Sequence record: PZ402305.1
From: a phage
Direction: 5' to 3' (one strand)
Length of the DNA: 64,000 nucleotides
Shown piece after piece: positions 18,280 to 28,300 of the stretch. Each line of letters starts with the position of its first letter. The first letter of the stretch is position 1. The notes beneath the pieces are model-generated. The model had not been told where the DNA came from and did not search any database. It saw nothing but the letters and a program-made list of their open reading frames with translations. The position numbers were made by a program, and so were the translations under genes.

Positions 18280-21155
18280 TGTCAAGAGTTAAGCACAATA
18301 TTGACAACACGTTTCAGTTGATTGAAGGGTTGGTTCAGTTTTTGGAAAGAAATACTGGGCTTACCATAGATCCTACGGTTCAGCATTACATTATCAACCC
18401 ACAAAACGTATTGGCGAACAACAGACACTTTATTAACTGGACAGCGCAGGAAGGGCAACCAAACGGTGACGCTACTACCGAAGGTCAATCTGTACTTATC
18501 ACTGGTTTTGCTTATGCATATTTGGCTACAGGGGATAAAAAATATCTTGAATCTGCCGAGAAGTATTGGCAAGCCTATATAGATCACTTCTTCGGGGGCC
18601 AACCTATTCCTGATCCTCCGGCTAAGTATCGTCCCAACTGGATCATCAATGGTAAAGAACCACGTTTAGCACATTACCCTCTCACAGATGATGGGTATCC
18701 TACGCACGGTGGGTTCAAAGGTAGCATGATGACTTGGATTAACGGAAGGACTGTTATTCCTAAAGGTGCACCGCATTGGGGGGAATACTTAGATAAAGCT
18801 TGGTTTGCTTTCAATGGCAATCTTGGTTGGAACTCCGTTAACGCAACAGTTTATGCAACTAATCCAGATGGTTCAACCAACTGGAAAGAATATGGAGATC
18901 AGTGGGACGTTGAATGGATTATAGATCGTCTAGGACGTAAAGTTGATTGGGATGGTAACATTTTATCTACAGGTCACAGCTTCGCAGAATATGGAACAGT
19001 GCAACTTAAAAATGCTTCTGTGAACGGTGATTATAAATTCAACTACGCTACATGCAACCCTGTAGAACACGGTGGATATCTGCTTAAGCGTAATGAGATG
19101 TGGCATAACCGTCCTGTAAACGTTCCGGTAGAGTTAGGTTATCAAGATAATGCTTCCGATGCTGAAACGTGGTGGTGTGATGCAAACTACTTGATGTATC
19201 AGATCACAGGAGAGAGAAAATACTGGCTTTGCTGGCAATCTTCTTTATTGTTGTGTCAAGACTACTCAAACATCGATATGTTTGATAAATTCTTCCGTAG
19301 ATCTACGACAGCAATAATTCCTTTTACAGATGGTATCTCGTATGATTACTCATACCCATCTACAGCAATACCTAAATATTCTCGTGACGAATTAGGATAC
19401 ACAGTAATTCGCCAAGATGTTTCAGCACAAACAACTCTAGAACAACAGGCAGTTTGGTTCAGAGTAGATCAGAATTCAAAACTGCGTATTGAGTTTCAAG
19501 GTGTAGATGATGCAGGGGAAGGTGTTCTTTTCCGTCCAGAGCTAGAATTAAGCAAAACTAAGAGTGAAACAGACACAGTGACATATCGTTGTGGCTTACC
19601 TCTTGGTGCAGCTAATATGACTAAGATGGATATACCTTTATCTAGTTTTATGCGCACAGAACCTCCTGGAGGTGGTGTATATATTATTGCTGAACCCAGA
19701 ATTATTGTTGACTGGGGAAGCAATACTGTGATACAATATAAATATGCAACTGGTATTGCTGGGACAAATAGTGATCAGATAGTTTCTGCTAATATGGATT
19801 CAGATGGTGGTTTTACTGTTGGGTTTTGGTTAACACCAACTAAAACAGCCAATTTAAAATCTATTACGTATCGTTCATACGCAGATGATTTTAACATCAC
19901 TATTACGGATTCCGCAGGTTGGAGATGGTGGGCCATGTTAGAAAAAACAAATTCTGCATGGGTTACTAAAGCTTTAAGTCCTGCCGATTTCAAATTAAGT
20001 ACTTGGCAACCTAATCACGAAGACACAGAGGCAAAACCTTCGTCAATAAACCTGACTGCTGTTGATCAGATCAATATTGCATTGGATTCTGAACCTGCAA
20101 ATGGCTTGACAGGGGCAATCGATTTTTATTGCGTTAACGATATCCCATCTTTGTATTCTTCAGCCACTGGTGATGATTACACAATGTATTTCAGGGTTAC
20201 AGTTTCATCTGAAAATCCTTATACAGCAAAACTTGGAGATTGTACAATACTGGACTACAAACTTAACAGTTTGAATTATACTCCAGGAATCATTCCATTT
20301 TCCAATATCAGTGATCCTAACACAGCCTTATATGACGGTTGGCGTGGTATTCCTTACCCAGGTTATCAATACCCATCCTTATATTGTTTTAAAGGGAGAG
20401 ATATTGATTGGGTTCGTATGAACAACAGTATAGACTTTTTATATGATTCACAAATGTGGTTTTATAATAAGTTTGCTCCTGTGATGCCTGGACCAATGGC
20501 ACAAGCTTATGTTTGGGATCGTTGGGATGCTCATAAATACGGAAACAAGAATGAGTTCACAATGTATCATTGGAACGATAAAGCTTGGGATGGTTATGAA
20601 GCACGAGCATTCTTCTGTGCGTGTCATACAGTATACGAACTGAAACAACGAGGAGCAGAAGTTCCTGAAAAACTTTTAACAGTTTGTAAAAACTGGATCA
20701 ACTATCTAAAGTGGTTCCAAGACAACAACGAAGGAAGAACACCAACAATATTTTATCCCAACGGAGAAGTGGCAGCACCTGTAGATGACTTTACAAGTCA
20801 CATGTCTGCGCTCTTTATGGCAGGATGTGCTATAATGGGGATGGCTGGGTATGATTCAGAAATTCCTAACATTAAAATAGTAGCAGACCGCTGTTTTGAA
20901 CTTATTCAGGAAAATTATATTGTTCTTGGTCCTAATCATGTTATGAATGGCTGTTGGAGTTCCGCTCCTAGACCAGATAGTGATAACGGAGTCTTCTTTG
21001 GCTTCCACGCTGGAGAGTTGTTACGTGGTTTTGGGTTGTATGCTTTATACAAAAAACTTAATCCCCAAAATGCATTACCTGTTTTGGATTCGAGCAATAT
21101 TCCTGCACTTACTGTTTTGACAATGGCAAACATTAGTGTGGACGTTACCGAGTAA
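18279..21155 (+). CDS. Large virion structural protein (tail fiber or baseplate-associated, putative)
   Basis: 958-aa ORF in tail module, Trp/Tyr/Asn-rich, TAATG-coupled start. Confidence 0.45.
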   Translation: MSRVKHNIDNTFQLIEGLVQFLERNTGLTIDPTVQHYIINPQNVLANNRHFINWTAQEGQPNGDATTEGQSVLITGFAYAYLATGDKKYLESAEKYWQAYIDHFFGGQPIPDPPAKYRPNWIINGKEPRLAHYPLTDDGYPTHGGFKGSMMTWINGRTVIPKGAPHWGEYLDKAWFAFNGNLGWNSVNATVYATNPDGSTNWKEYGDQWDVEWIIDRLGRKVDWDGNILSTGHSFAEYGTVQLKNASVNGDYKFNYATCNPVEHGGYLLKRNEMWHNRPVNVPVELGYQDNASDAETWWCDANYLMYQITGERKYWLCWQSSLLLCQDYSNIDMFDKFFRRSTTAIIPFTDGISYDYSYPSTAIPKYSRDELGYTVIRQDVSAQTTLEQQAVWFRVDQNSKLRIEFQGVDDAGEGVLFRPELELSKTKSETDTVTYRCGLPLGAANMTKMDIPLSSFMRTEPPGGGVYIIAEPRIIVDWGSNTVIQYKYATGIAGTNSDQIVSANMDSDGGFTVGFWLTPTKTANLKSITYRSYADDFNITITDSAGWRWWAMLEKTNSAWVTKALSPADFKLSTWQPNHEDTEAKPSSINLTAVDQINIALDSEPANGLTGAIDFYCVNDIPSLYSSATGDDYTMYFRVTVSSENPYTAKLGDCTILDYKLNSLNYTPGIIPFSNISDPNTALYDGWRGIPYPGYQYPSLYCFKGRDIDWVRMNNSIDFLYDSQMWFYNKFAPVMPGPMAQAYVWDRWDAHKYGNKNEFTMYHWNDKAWDGYEARAFFCACHTVYELKQRGAEVPEKLLTVCKNWINYLKWFQDNNEGRTPTIFYPNGEVAAPVDDFTSHMSALFMAGCAIMGMAGYDSEIPNIKIVADRCFELIQENYIVLGPNHVMNGCWSSAPRPDSDNGVFFGFHAGELLRGFGLYALYKKLNPQNALPVLDSSNIPALTVLTMANISVDVTE

Positions 21156-21163
21156 GGGGTAAA

Positions 21164-23317
21164 ATGAAACAAGCTATATTTACTGTCACGCGAGACAAGA
21201 GAGTAAATGCGAGTTCATTTAACTACACGACTGTTGATGGAACAGCAGTCGCTGGTAGAGATTATATTGCAAAATCGGGAACACTTGTGTTCCCTGATGA
21301 TGCTGATTCTGCTACCATTGTGGTTGAAGTATTTGAACGACCAAAGAACTCAATAGATCTTAACTTCTCCCTCCAAGTTTCAGGGATTAGTCAAAATAAT
21401 ATGATGGTTGAAACAACCATCAATTGTATTATAACTACTATCCAAGAAAATACCACTCCAATAACTTGGACTACAAAAGACGTTAAAATGTTCTCTCCTA
21501 TGTATTGGACAATAGATTCTCAAGCAACGGAAAGTTGTTCTATTGTATCTCATGGAGACTCTTTTACTGCAAGATTTGTAAACAGAACAACAGCAGGTTT
21601 GGCAGGGGTTATCTGGAGCACAGTTGACAAATATGACCATAAAGGTGTTGGGTATTTACCCCACACAGATTTAAGTTCAGAGAAACTTTGGTTTAAAATG
21701 GAAATTAGTCAAAACATGCCAGGTTTTAAAGAAGAACCTTTGGTGCCGACTTTGACTGTAACTCTCCTGGATAAAAGTGTTCATTATGTCAGTTTAGGAT
21801 TCTACGCTTCAGATATTTCAGAAGATGGTAAAACAGCTACAATCAAGTTAGATTTTGGTAATATCTTTTCTGGCCCTAACAATGATATTCCTTTAGATAT
21901 GAGTGCTGTAGATAATATTTTCTTCTCTTTGATTACAGCAAGGTATGAAGAAATAGAAGAGATTGTACCTATTGCCAGTCAAGAGGCTTGGTTTACTTTC
22001 ACTCTTCTTGAACCTACTTCTGGTTACAGTATGATGAAAGTCAGCAACCTTGTCCAGCCTGAACATGATATTCGCATGTGCACATCTTATGATGATATGT
22101 ATAACCTGACCCCAGAGAGAGTTATTTACAATACATATGCACTAGGTTATCGTGGAATGATTAACCATTACAACGGAATGTCTCACTATTATGAATTCTC
22201 ATGGAACGGAACATCTTGGGCTTTAAATAGATCTGTTTTCCTGAATCCGGCTACAGAAGCTTGGCTTAACAGTTTCCATTCTATAGCTAATGAAAATGGC
22301 TACACAATAATGAACTCTTTGAGTTTTGAGTTGATGAGCACAGTTTGTCCTGTAGAATGGGTTCAACATGATTGGAACGATGCTCTTGCAGCAACAGGTT
22401 ATGAGCCGCCTAGTTATGTATTATCTCCAACAATTGATGAAGGTATGGAATATTTGCAAAATGTTATTAACAAAATAGCATCTATTTCTCAAGCTAACAA
22501 TATTCCAGTCGTCATTCAAATTGGTGAACCTTGGTGGTGGTATAATACAGCAAGTAAAATGCCTTGTATATATGATTACACTACCAAACTGGCATTCAAT
22601 ACAGAAACAGGCTTATTTGCACAAGATGCAGGAACAATAGATAATTATAAAACAGGAACGCCATTTGACGAATACTATGCATTTTTGTCTCGTAAACTAG
22701 GGTTAAGAGTTACAAAGTTTGCAACAGACACCAGAGCAACTTATCCTGGAGCTAAAGTAACATTGCTTCCGTTCTTACCATCAATTATCGGCAACGGTTT
22801 GATGGAGAAAGTTAACTTTCCGTCTGATTACTACATTCCTGAAGCTTTTGATTTTTATTGTTCAGAGTGTTACGACTGGCTTCTGGAAGGTAAAATGATG
22901 AAAGCATTTGATGCAATTACCATACCACATGAAAAATTAGGCTTTGAATATTCTGATATTCACTACCTTTCAGGTTTTGTTCCAGATGCTACTCTTGCAC
23001 CTTTGTATGGCTTTGTTCCTGAATCAAACTACCGCACATATCTTTGGAAGATGATTATAGGTAATATAGTGTTGAACGCCAATAAGTTCAATGGGCTTAC
23101 ACAATATATATGGGCCTATCCTCAAATAATGCATGATTCCATCACGGTAGTTAATTCTCAATCCCAAGTTTTCTATATGGGTAATGTGCCTTTGAATTGT
23201 TATTTGCAAGATATCACTCTTAAACAAGCAAATGTTGAGATTGCTACCATAAGTGGAATTACATTAGCTACTAAATCTGGAGAAGATTTAGTAACAACAC
23301 AAAAATTTTATATATAG
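21164..23317 (+). CDS. Tail fiber/structural protein (putative)
   Basis: 717-aa ORF with AAGGGG RBS in tail fiber region. Confidence 0.45.
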   Translation: MKQAIFTVTRDKRVNASSFNYTTVDGTAVAGRDYIAKSGTLVFPDDADSATIVVEVFERPKNSIDLNFSLQVSGISQNNMMVETTINCIITTIQENTTPITWTTKDVKMFSPMYWTIDSQATESCSIVSHGDSFTARFVNRTTAGLAGVIWSTVDKYDHKGVGYLPHTDLSSEKLWFKMEISQNMPGFKEEPLVPTLTVTLLDKSVHYVSLGFYASDISEDGKTATIKLDFGNIFSGPNNDIPLDMSAVDNIFFSLITARYEEIEEIVPIASQEAWFTFTLLEPTSGYSMMKVSNLVQPEHDIRMCTSYDDMYNLTPERVIYNTYALGYRGMINHYNGMSHYYEFSWNGTSWALNRSVFLNPATEAWLNSFHSIANENGYTIMNSLSFELMSTVCPVEWVQHDWNDALAATGYEPPSYVLSPTIDEGMEYLQNVINKIASISQANNIPVVIQIGEPWWWYNTASKMPCIYDYTTKLAFNTETGLFAQDAGTIDNYKTGTPFDEYYAFLSRKLGLRVTKFATDTRATYPGAKVTLLPFLPSIIGNGLMEKVNFPSDYYIPEAFDFYCSECYDWLLEGKMMKAFDAITIPHEKLGFEYSDIHYLSGFVPDATLAPLYGFVPESNYRTYLWKMIIGNIVLNANKFNGLTQYIWAYPQIMHDSITVVNSQSQVFYMGNVPLNCYLQDITLKQANVEIATISGITLATKSGEDLVTTQKFYI

Positions 23318-23325
23318 GAGTAAAA

Positions 23326-25392
23326 ATGTCAACTACAATTACTAATTTACCCGAAACATCAAAAGTTAATGATTCTGATTACCTGGTTTTAGACCAACCT
23401 GATAAGACTGTTAAAAGCACAGTTTCCAACTTTCTTACTGATACTGGGGTGGTTTTAGCCACCCAGTTGAAAGATACAAATGGAGCAGATTTAATACAAT
23501 CCTCAAATGGTAATACTGTTCAGGAAGAGTTGAATAACAATCTTCTTAATGATCGTGAACAGTGGCGTCGTAGTCTTGCCGAGGCTGGGTTAACTCTTGT
23601 TGATGGTAGTTTTGAAGAAGGGGCTACAGTGGGCAGTGTAACTGATGCTGTTTGGCACATTGCTGGTGGACAGTGTTATACATGGGACGGTGCTCTCCCT
23701 AAAACTGTTCCTGCTGACTCAACCCCTGAATCATCTGGTGGGGTTGGTGGCCGGAAGTGGGTTAGTGTTGGTGATGCGTCTTTAAAGACCATGCTTTATG
23801 GGTGGCAGGGCTATTCATTCATTGACGGTGGCAACTTATCATTATACAAAAAGAAAGGTATCTTTGGTGATTCAGGAACAATTCAAGATAAATACGAAGT
23901 AATTAAATATTCTGATGGGTTCTGGTATAAATATAACAACTCATTGCCATTCTCTTATGGTTCAGCCCCTGATTCCACTTGGACTAACGTAGGTAAGCTG
24001 AATGGTTTTGACGAGAATACCCCAGAGAATTTCGGGGCGGTTGTAAATAATAGTACGTATGACTGCCTGGATGCCATCAACAAGGCAATGGCGACTGGAT
24101 TTTTACGACTCACTGCTGGTGCTACTTATTTTGTTAGCGATGAAGTTGTTATCCCATCGAATTTAGTGATGGAAACAAACGGCGCAACCATTAAAGCGAT
24201 GAGTGGATATTCATGGGGCGGAAAGGCTGTAGTTCGAGCCAGCAAAAAACCAGTAGGAACATCCCCGGATCTTTCATTGCCTGAACAACAAGTTCGTGGA
24301 ATTAGGCACATTGGTACATTAAATATTGATGCTAACAATGTTGCGCCTTACGGTTTTTATGGTTTTGGTGTAGTTGCAGAATCTACCACAGACATTATAT
24401 ATGCTTATAATGCCACAGAAGTTGGAATTGTACTTCTTGGGAGTTGGTATCATAAAGTAAATCAATATATGGCAATTGATTGTGCACGAGGTGTATCTTT
24501 GGCACATGGTTTCTCCGGTGAAACCGGAGACGTAAACGTTAATGGTGTTGAATTTGGTGTCGTCGCTGCGTATAACACATCAAAATCTTTGTCCTATGGG
24601 TATGATCCGTATTCATCATCTTTAACCCCACAGCTCATAGGTGCTGGTGTCACTCTCGGGCAAGGATTGGCATCAAGAATAGGAACATTAATAGCTGAAA
24701 CCACAGCAGGCGCTGGTTTAGCTACTGTTAACGCTGTTAGTTGGTCTGTTGGTTCTATGTACTTCGAAAAATGCAGTGAAGCGCTTGAAGATAGTGCAGA
24801 GCCTGATATTGCGATATTATCAACTACAGGAAATGTCGAGGACCACGTATTTGACATTGGTAATATCCATTTTGGTATAGGGACTGGTATACTGCAAAGA
24901 GCAACGGCAAGTGAGTTTCTCAACATCCAATCCATATACCGTATAGACAATAAAAAAACATGGCATAGTTCTTCAAAGGCATCTTCAAGTTTTGTAAATT
25001 TCGTAAACTATTACGTTCTCAATCCTTATGATTACGTTAAACCTGCCCAACTAACTACTGACGTTGGCAAAGAGGTTGTCAGTTCATCGTCAATGCTTAA
25101 CTTTAAGGATTTTTCAAATACACCAAGTATACCTTTTGTATACACTGGAGGTGAGATAGCGATTCACGTTTCCATCTCTTCCGGTAGTGTAGTATCTACT
25201 GAATTCCAGGTGACTTCTGATTCAGGAATAGAATACATCACATGCACTGGCTCGCCTTTTCAGTTTAACCTTACGCAGCCGAGGACGGTAGGTAATACCT
25301 ATACCGTGACTCTAGCAACTGCGCAATCGGCAGCTTCCGGTCAAGGGGCGATACATATACTGAAACAAAAACCAAGCCAATGGCTTAGGTAA
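23326..25392 (+). CDS. Tailspike-like protein (putative beta-helix)
   Basis: 688-aa ORF; conserved-looking N-terminal anchor segment then Gly/Val/Asn-rich repeats suggestive of a beta-helix; followed by hairpins. Confidence 0.45.
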   Translation: MSTTITNLPETSKVNDSDYLVLDQPDKTVKSTVSNFLTDTGVVLATQLKDTNGADLIQSSNGNTVQEELNNNLLNDREQWRRSLAEAGLTLVDGSFEEGATVGSVTDAVWHIAGGQCYTWDGALPKTVPADSTPESSGGVGGRKWVSVGDASLKTMLYGWQGYSFIDGGNLSLYKKKGIFGDSGTIQDKYEVIKYSDGFWYKYNNSLPFSYGSAPDSTWTNVGKLNGFDENTPENFGAVVNNSTYDCLDAINKAMATGFLRLTAGATYFVSDEVVIPSNLVMETNGATIKAMSGYSWGGKAVVRASKKPVGTSPDLSLPEQQVRGIRHIGTLNIDANNVAPYGFYGFGVVAESTTDIIYAYNATEVGIVLLGSWYHKVNQYMAIDCARGVSLAHGFSGETGDVNVNGVEFGVVAAYNTSKSLSYGYDPYSSSLTPQLIGAGVTLGQGLASRIGTLIAETTAGAGLATVNAVSWSVGSMYFEKCSEALEDSAEPDIAILSTTGNVEDHVFDIGNIHFGIGTGILQRATASEFLNIQSIYRIDNKKTWHSSSKASSSFVNFVNYYVLNPYDYVKPAQLTTDVGKEVVSSSSMLNFKDFSNTPSIPFVYTGGEIAIHVSISSGSVVSTEFQVTSDSGIEYITCTGSPFQFNLTQPRTVGNTYTVTLATAQSAASGQGAIHILKQKPSQWLR

Positions 25393-25399
25393 AACAAAA

Positions 25400-25415
25400 C
25401 CCCGCTTCAGCGGGG
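25400..25415 (-). terminator. GC hairpin, terminator-like in minus orientation
   Basis: ccccgc-ttca-gcgggg stem-loop preceded by an A-run on the plus strand, so the U-tract is on the minus strand. Confidence 0.3.
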
Positions 25416-25505
25416 AATTATAAAGGTACTATCATGGTCTTCATTACGATTCACACAAACTATGTCCTGCAAGCGCATGTCATCGCCATGTGATAAAATG
25501 ATGAA

Positions 25506-25604
25506 AACATATCGTAGCAGGGTTAATCTTGTCTTTAGTTACTATCGTACTAACTCAAAATGTTGTCACTACCACTGCAAGCCCCTCCAAAGAGGGGTTT
25601 ACTT
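25506..25604 (+). ncRNA. Candidate small RNA (about 100 nt) between tailspike gene and next operon
   Basis: Extended -10-like element TGaTAAAAT at 25491-25499, no convincing RBS-led ORF, and an intrinsic terminator at 25582-25604. Confidence 0.2.
25582..25604 (+). terminator. Rho-independent terminator (plus strand)
   Basis: cccctc-caaa-gagggg stem-loop followed by tttactt. Confidence 0.5.
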
Positions 25605-25624
25605 AGAAAAACAAAGAGGTTGTT

Positions 25625-25933
25625 ATGAACGAAATGTTCTCCCAAGGTGGTAAAGGTTCAACCGGAATCTTAACCAATAAACAAGCAGTAGCCCGTCACT
25701 TTGGAGTTAAACAATCTGAGGTTGTTTACTTCTCAGTTGGTGTGGATTTGGGTGGGTATAAGGTTATCTATGATAAGGAGACGCAAAGGGCGTATTCCCT
25801 ACCTGCTGATATTGCCCTAGGTACTACTGCCATTAGTCTTAGTGCTGCTGTACTTGTGCATTCAGCGGGTTCTGTAGACCTTGGGGAATTAGCTGTATCT
25901 CGTGATTTAAAAAGTAAGGAGAACGCACCATGA
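25625..25933 (+). CDS. Hypothetical protein
   Basis: 102-aa ORF with AAGAGG RBS. Confidence 0.55.
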   Translation: MNEMFSQGGKGSTGILTNKQAVARHFGVKQSEVVYFSVGVDLGGYKVIYDKETQRAYSLPADIALGTTAISLSAAVLVHSAGSVDLGELAVSRDLKSKENAP

Positions 25934-26172
25934 GAAAGTTTTTAATCGGAATGTTTTGTACTTATCCAAACAACAAAATCAGTTCTACTAAAGTGTGGAA
26001 CGCACTGGGAATGCTAACCATGACAGGCATGTTTATCTTTTTAGGAATAGAAAAAGAAATTCCTGAATGGATGGGTTGGGCTTTTGTTTTCATGATAACC
26101 CCTTCTCGCCTCATGAAAAATCTTATTGATTTACGTTGGGGCAGATCACAATCTACCAAAGAGGATGACTAA
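25930..26172 (+). CDS. Small membrane protein (two predicted TM helices, charged C-terminus)
   Basis: 80-aa ORF with hydrophobic segments (MLTMTGMFIFLGI; WMGWAFVFMITP) and AAGGAG RBS; start overlaps upstream stop. Confidence 0.5.
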   Translation: MRKFLIGMFCTYPNNKISSTKVWNALGMLTMTGMFIFLGIEKEIPEWMGWAFVFMITPSRLMKNLIDLRWGRSQSTKEDD

Positions 26173-27659
26173 TGGACGAATATGGTTTGACAGATGCGGG
26201 ATTTGTAATCCCGACTTTTGACGATGTTCTAAACAATTATATGACAGCAGTAAAAAACACATTTGGTGCAGATGCAGCCACTTCGGAAGATACTGTGATC
26301 GGACAACTGTTTAGAATAATTGCATACACAGATTACACATTGTGGGAAGGTATGCAAGGTGTTTATAATACTCAAACACTGGATGGTGCAGAAGGTATTT
26401 ATCTTGACGAAATCTTTTCTAAACGCGGTTTCTATCGAGCAGGGGCAGCAGCAAGTACAGGTTATGCCTATGTTAAGAGTAATAACAAAGCAGCTTGGAC
26501 TTATGAGTTAGGCACGGATATTTACTTCAACTCTGATAGTGATATGAACTACTATGTTAGCACACCAACTATGTTGAATGCTAAGATTGCAGCTTATCAA
26601 ATCTCTCGTGCTAATGCAACTGCTACAGGTGTTCCAAATATTACTTTTTATGCACAAAGTGCGGTAGACGGAGGACTAAACAGTAAAACACTTGCACCTG
26701 GTTCTTCTACATTTATAACAGATCTTGAAACCTTTATCAAGGCGAATTTAACAGAAGCTGATCGTAGTCTTGTATTTTCTGATTCAGGTAACTTATCAAT
26801 TGGTTTTACTTCTTTAACCAGTGATACTCCAGTGGGACTGGTAACTCCTATTAAATTTTATGCTAGTGTTCCGGTTGGAACCAAGTGGAGTGAGATTCCG
26901 GTAGTTGCAGCAGAGAAAGGATACAATCCTGTTGGTGTGGAGTCTATTACAGGAATATCTTCTACCTTTACAGGTTATCTTGACAGCGGTAACTTCTATT
27001 CATTTTCTCCTGGTCGAGATGTTGAGACAGACGCAGAATTCCGCTCTCGTTTCAATGACAATGTTGATGAAGCTAACGCAGGGACACGAGCAGCCATTGT
27101 GAAAGCTCTGCTACTTACAGATGGTGTTACTAAGGTGAAGATTTATGATAACCCTACGTTACATGATCAAGAACACGCTCCAGCTATGACTTTCCAGACT
27201 ATAGTTTATGGAGGGAGTGCTGAAGAAGTTGCTGAAGTTATTTACAAAACTAAACCAATCAACAGTTTGACACATGGAACAACCAACATAACTGTTACAA
27301 CAGAAGACGGAGGACAAGAAATTATTCGTTTTTCTCCTGGTGCTTCTGCTACGTATTCCGTAAAACTTGTTTATCAAACTGTCAACGGAACAACTTTAAG
27401 TGGAACAGAAAAACAAAACATTGTAGAAGCTTTACAAAACCTGCAAGCTTACTTTGAATTAGGTTCTTCAGTAACGAACGATCAAATCAAAGGTGTTATT
27501 TATGCAGCACTTGCTTTTGGACGCTTGACTTCTCTTCGTGTTTATGTTAAACTTAATACTGAGGATGACAGTAAATATACAGAGAATAATATAGTTCCTG
27601 CTTATAATGTTGTCCCTTCTTTTGACCTTGATAACATTTCTTACGAGTACGGAGTGTAA
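26172..27659 (+). CDS. Baseplate wedge (J-like) protein (putative)
   Basis: 495-aa ORF upstream of I-like protein, tail fiber and fiber-assembly genes, a P2-like J-I-H-G gene order. Confidence 0.4.
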   Translation: MDEYGLTDAGFVIPTFDDVLNNYMTAVKNTFGADAATSEDTVIGQLFRIIAYTDYTLWEGMQGVYNTQTLDGAEGIYLDEIFSKRGFYRAGAAASTGYAYVKSNNKAAWTYELGTDIYFNSDSDMNYYVSTPTMLNAKIAAYQISRANATATGVPNITFYAQSAVDGGLNSKTLAPGSSTFITDLETFIKANLTEADRSLVFSDSGNLSIGFTSLTSDTPVGLVTPIKFYASVPVGTKWSEIPVVAAEKGYNPVGVESITGISSTFTGYLDSGNFYSFSPGRDVETDAEFRSRFNDNVDEANAGTRAAIVKALLLTDGVTKVKIYDNPTLHDQEHAPAMTFQTIVYGGSAEEVAEVIYKTKPINSLTHGTTNITVTTEDGGQEIIRFSPGASATYSVKLVYQTVNGTTLSGTEKQNIVEALQNLQAYFELGSSVTNDQIKGVIYAALAFGRLTSLRVYVKLNTEDDSKYTENNIVPAYNVVPSFDLDNISYEYGV

Positions 27660-27661
27660 AA

Positions 27662-28291
27662 ATGGCAGTGAGTGTTGACCATGTAACTACTTGGGCCAGT
27701 ATCAATGAAGACGTTAAAAACCTTCTGATTGAAGATTTTAAATCTTCTCCTAACATTGTCAAGCTCCTCTACATCGTATCCAGTGAAAAGCAAAAGATAG
27801 ATCAGGCAATGATCTATCTTGCTAAACACCGCTTGATCTCCACAGCCACAGGCAAATACCTAGATATCTTAGGAGAAGAAATGGGGATCGAACGTAATGG
27901 CTCTGATGATGAAGAGTATAGAACAATATTAAAAATCAGGGCTTACCGCGTAGCCTCCTCTGGGACTCGTGGTGACATAATTGATATCTTCGCCCGTTTC
28001 ACAGGAACAGAGCGTGAAACGCTTAATACTTACGTAGGTTTGAATAAAACCTTTGATGTGTTTTTCTACAACCTGTGTCTTCAATCTGATCAAGCTTTAG
28101 AGCAGTTGCTAAGTGTTTTCCCTATTATTAGTAGCTACCGTCTTGGAGCAAAAGCAGGATCAGCTTTTGGTTTTAGTTCTTATTATGCTACCAAACCGCC
28201 TCATGGTATTGGTGGTTTAGGTTCCCTGTACATGGAATCTACTGGGGATGAAACAGGACGCATGTGTACGCTTCTCAAGCAAATAGATTAA
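27662..28291 (+). CDS. Baseplate/tail protein (I-like, putative)
   Basis: 209-aa ORF between J-like and tail fiber genes. Confidence 0.4.
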   Translation: MAVSVDHVTTWASINEDVKNLLIEDFKSSPNIVKLLYIVSSEKQKIDQAMIYLAKHRLISTATGKYLDILGEEMGIERNGSDDEEYRTILKIRAYRVASSGTRGDIIDIFARFTGTERETLNTYVGLNKTFDVFFYNLCLQSDQALEQLLSVFPIISSYRLGAKAGSAFGFSSYYATKPPHGIGGLGSLYMESTGDETGRMCTLLKQID

Positions 28292-28300
28292 GGAGTTTAA

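Noticed and set aside
25462-25653. 63-aa plus-strand ORF in the tailspike-downstream gap
   Set aside because: No RBS, Cys/Arg-rich, runs through an intrinsic terminator into the next gene; region is more plausibly non-coding.
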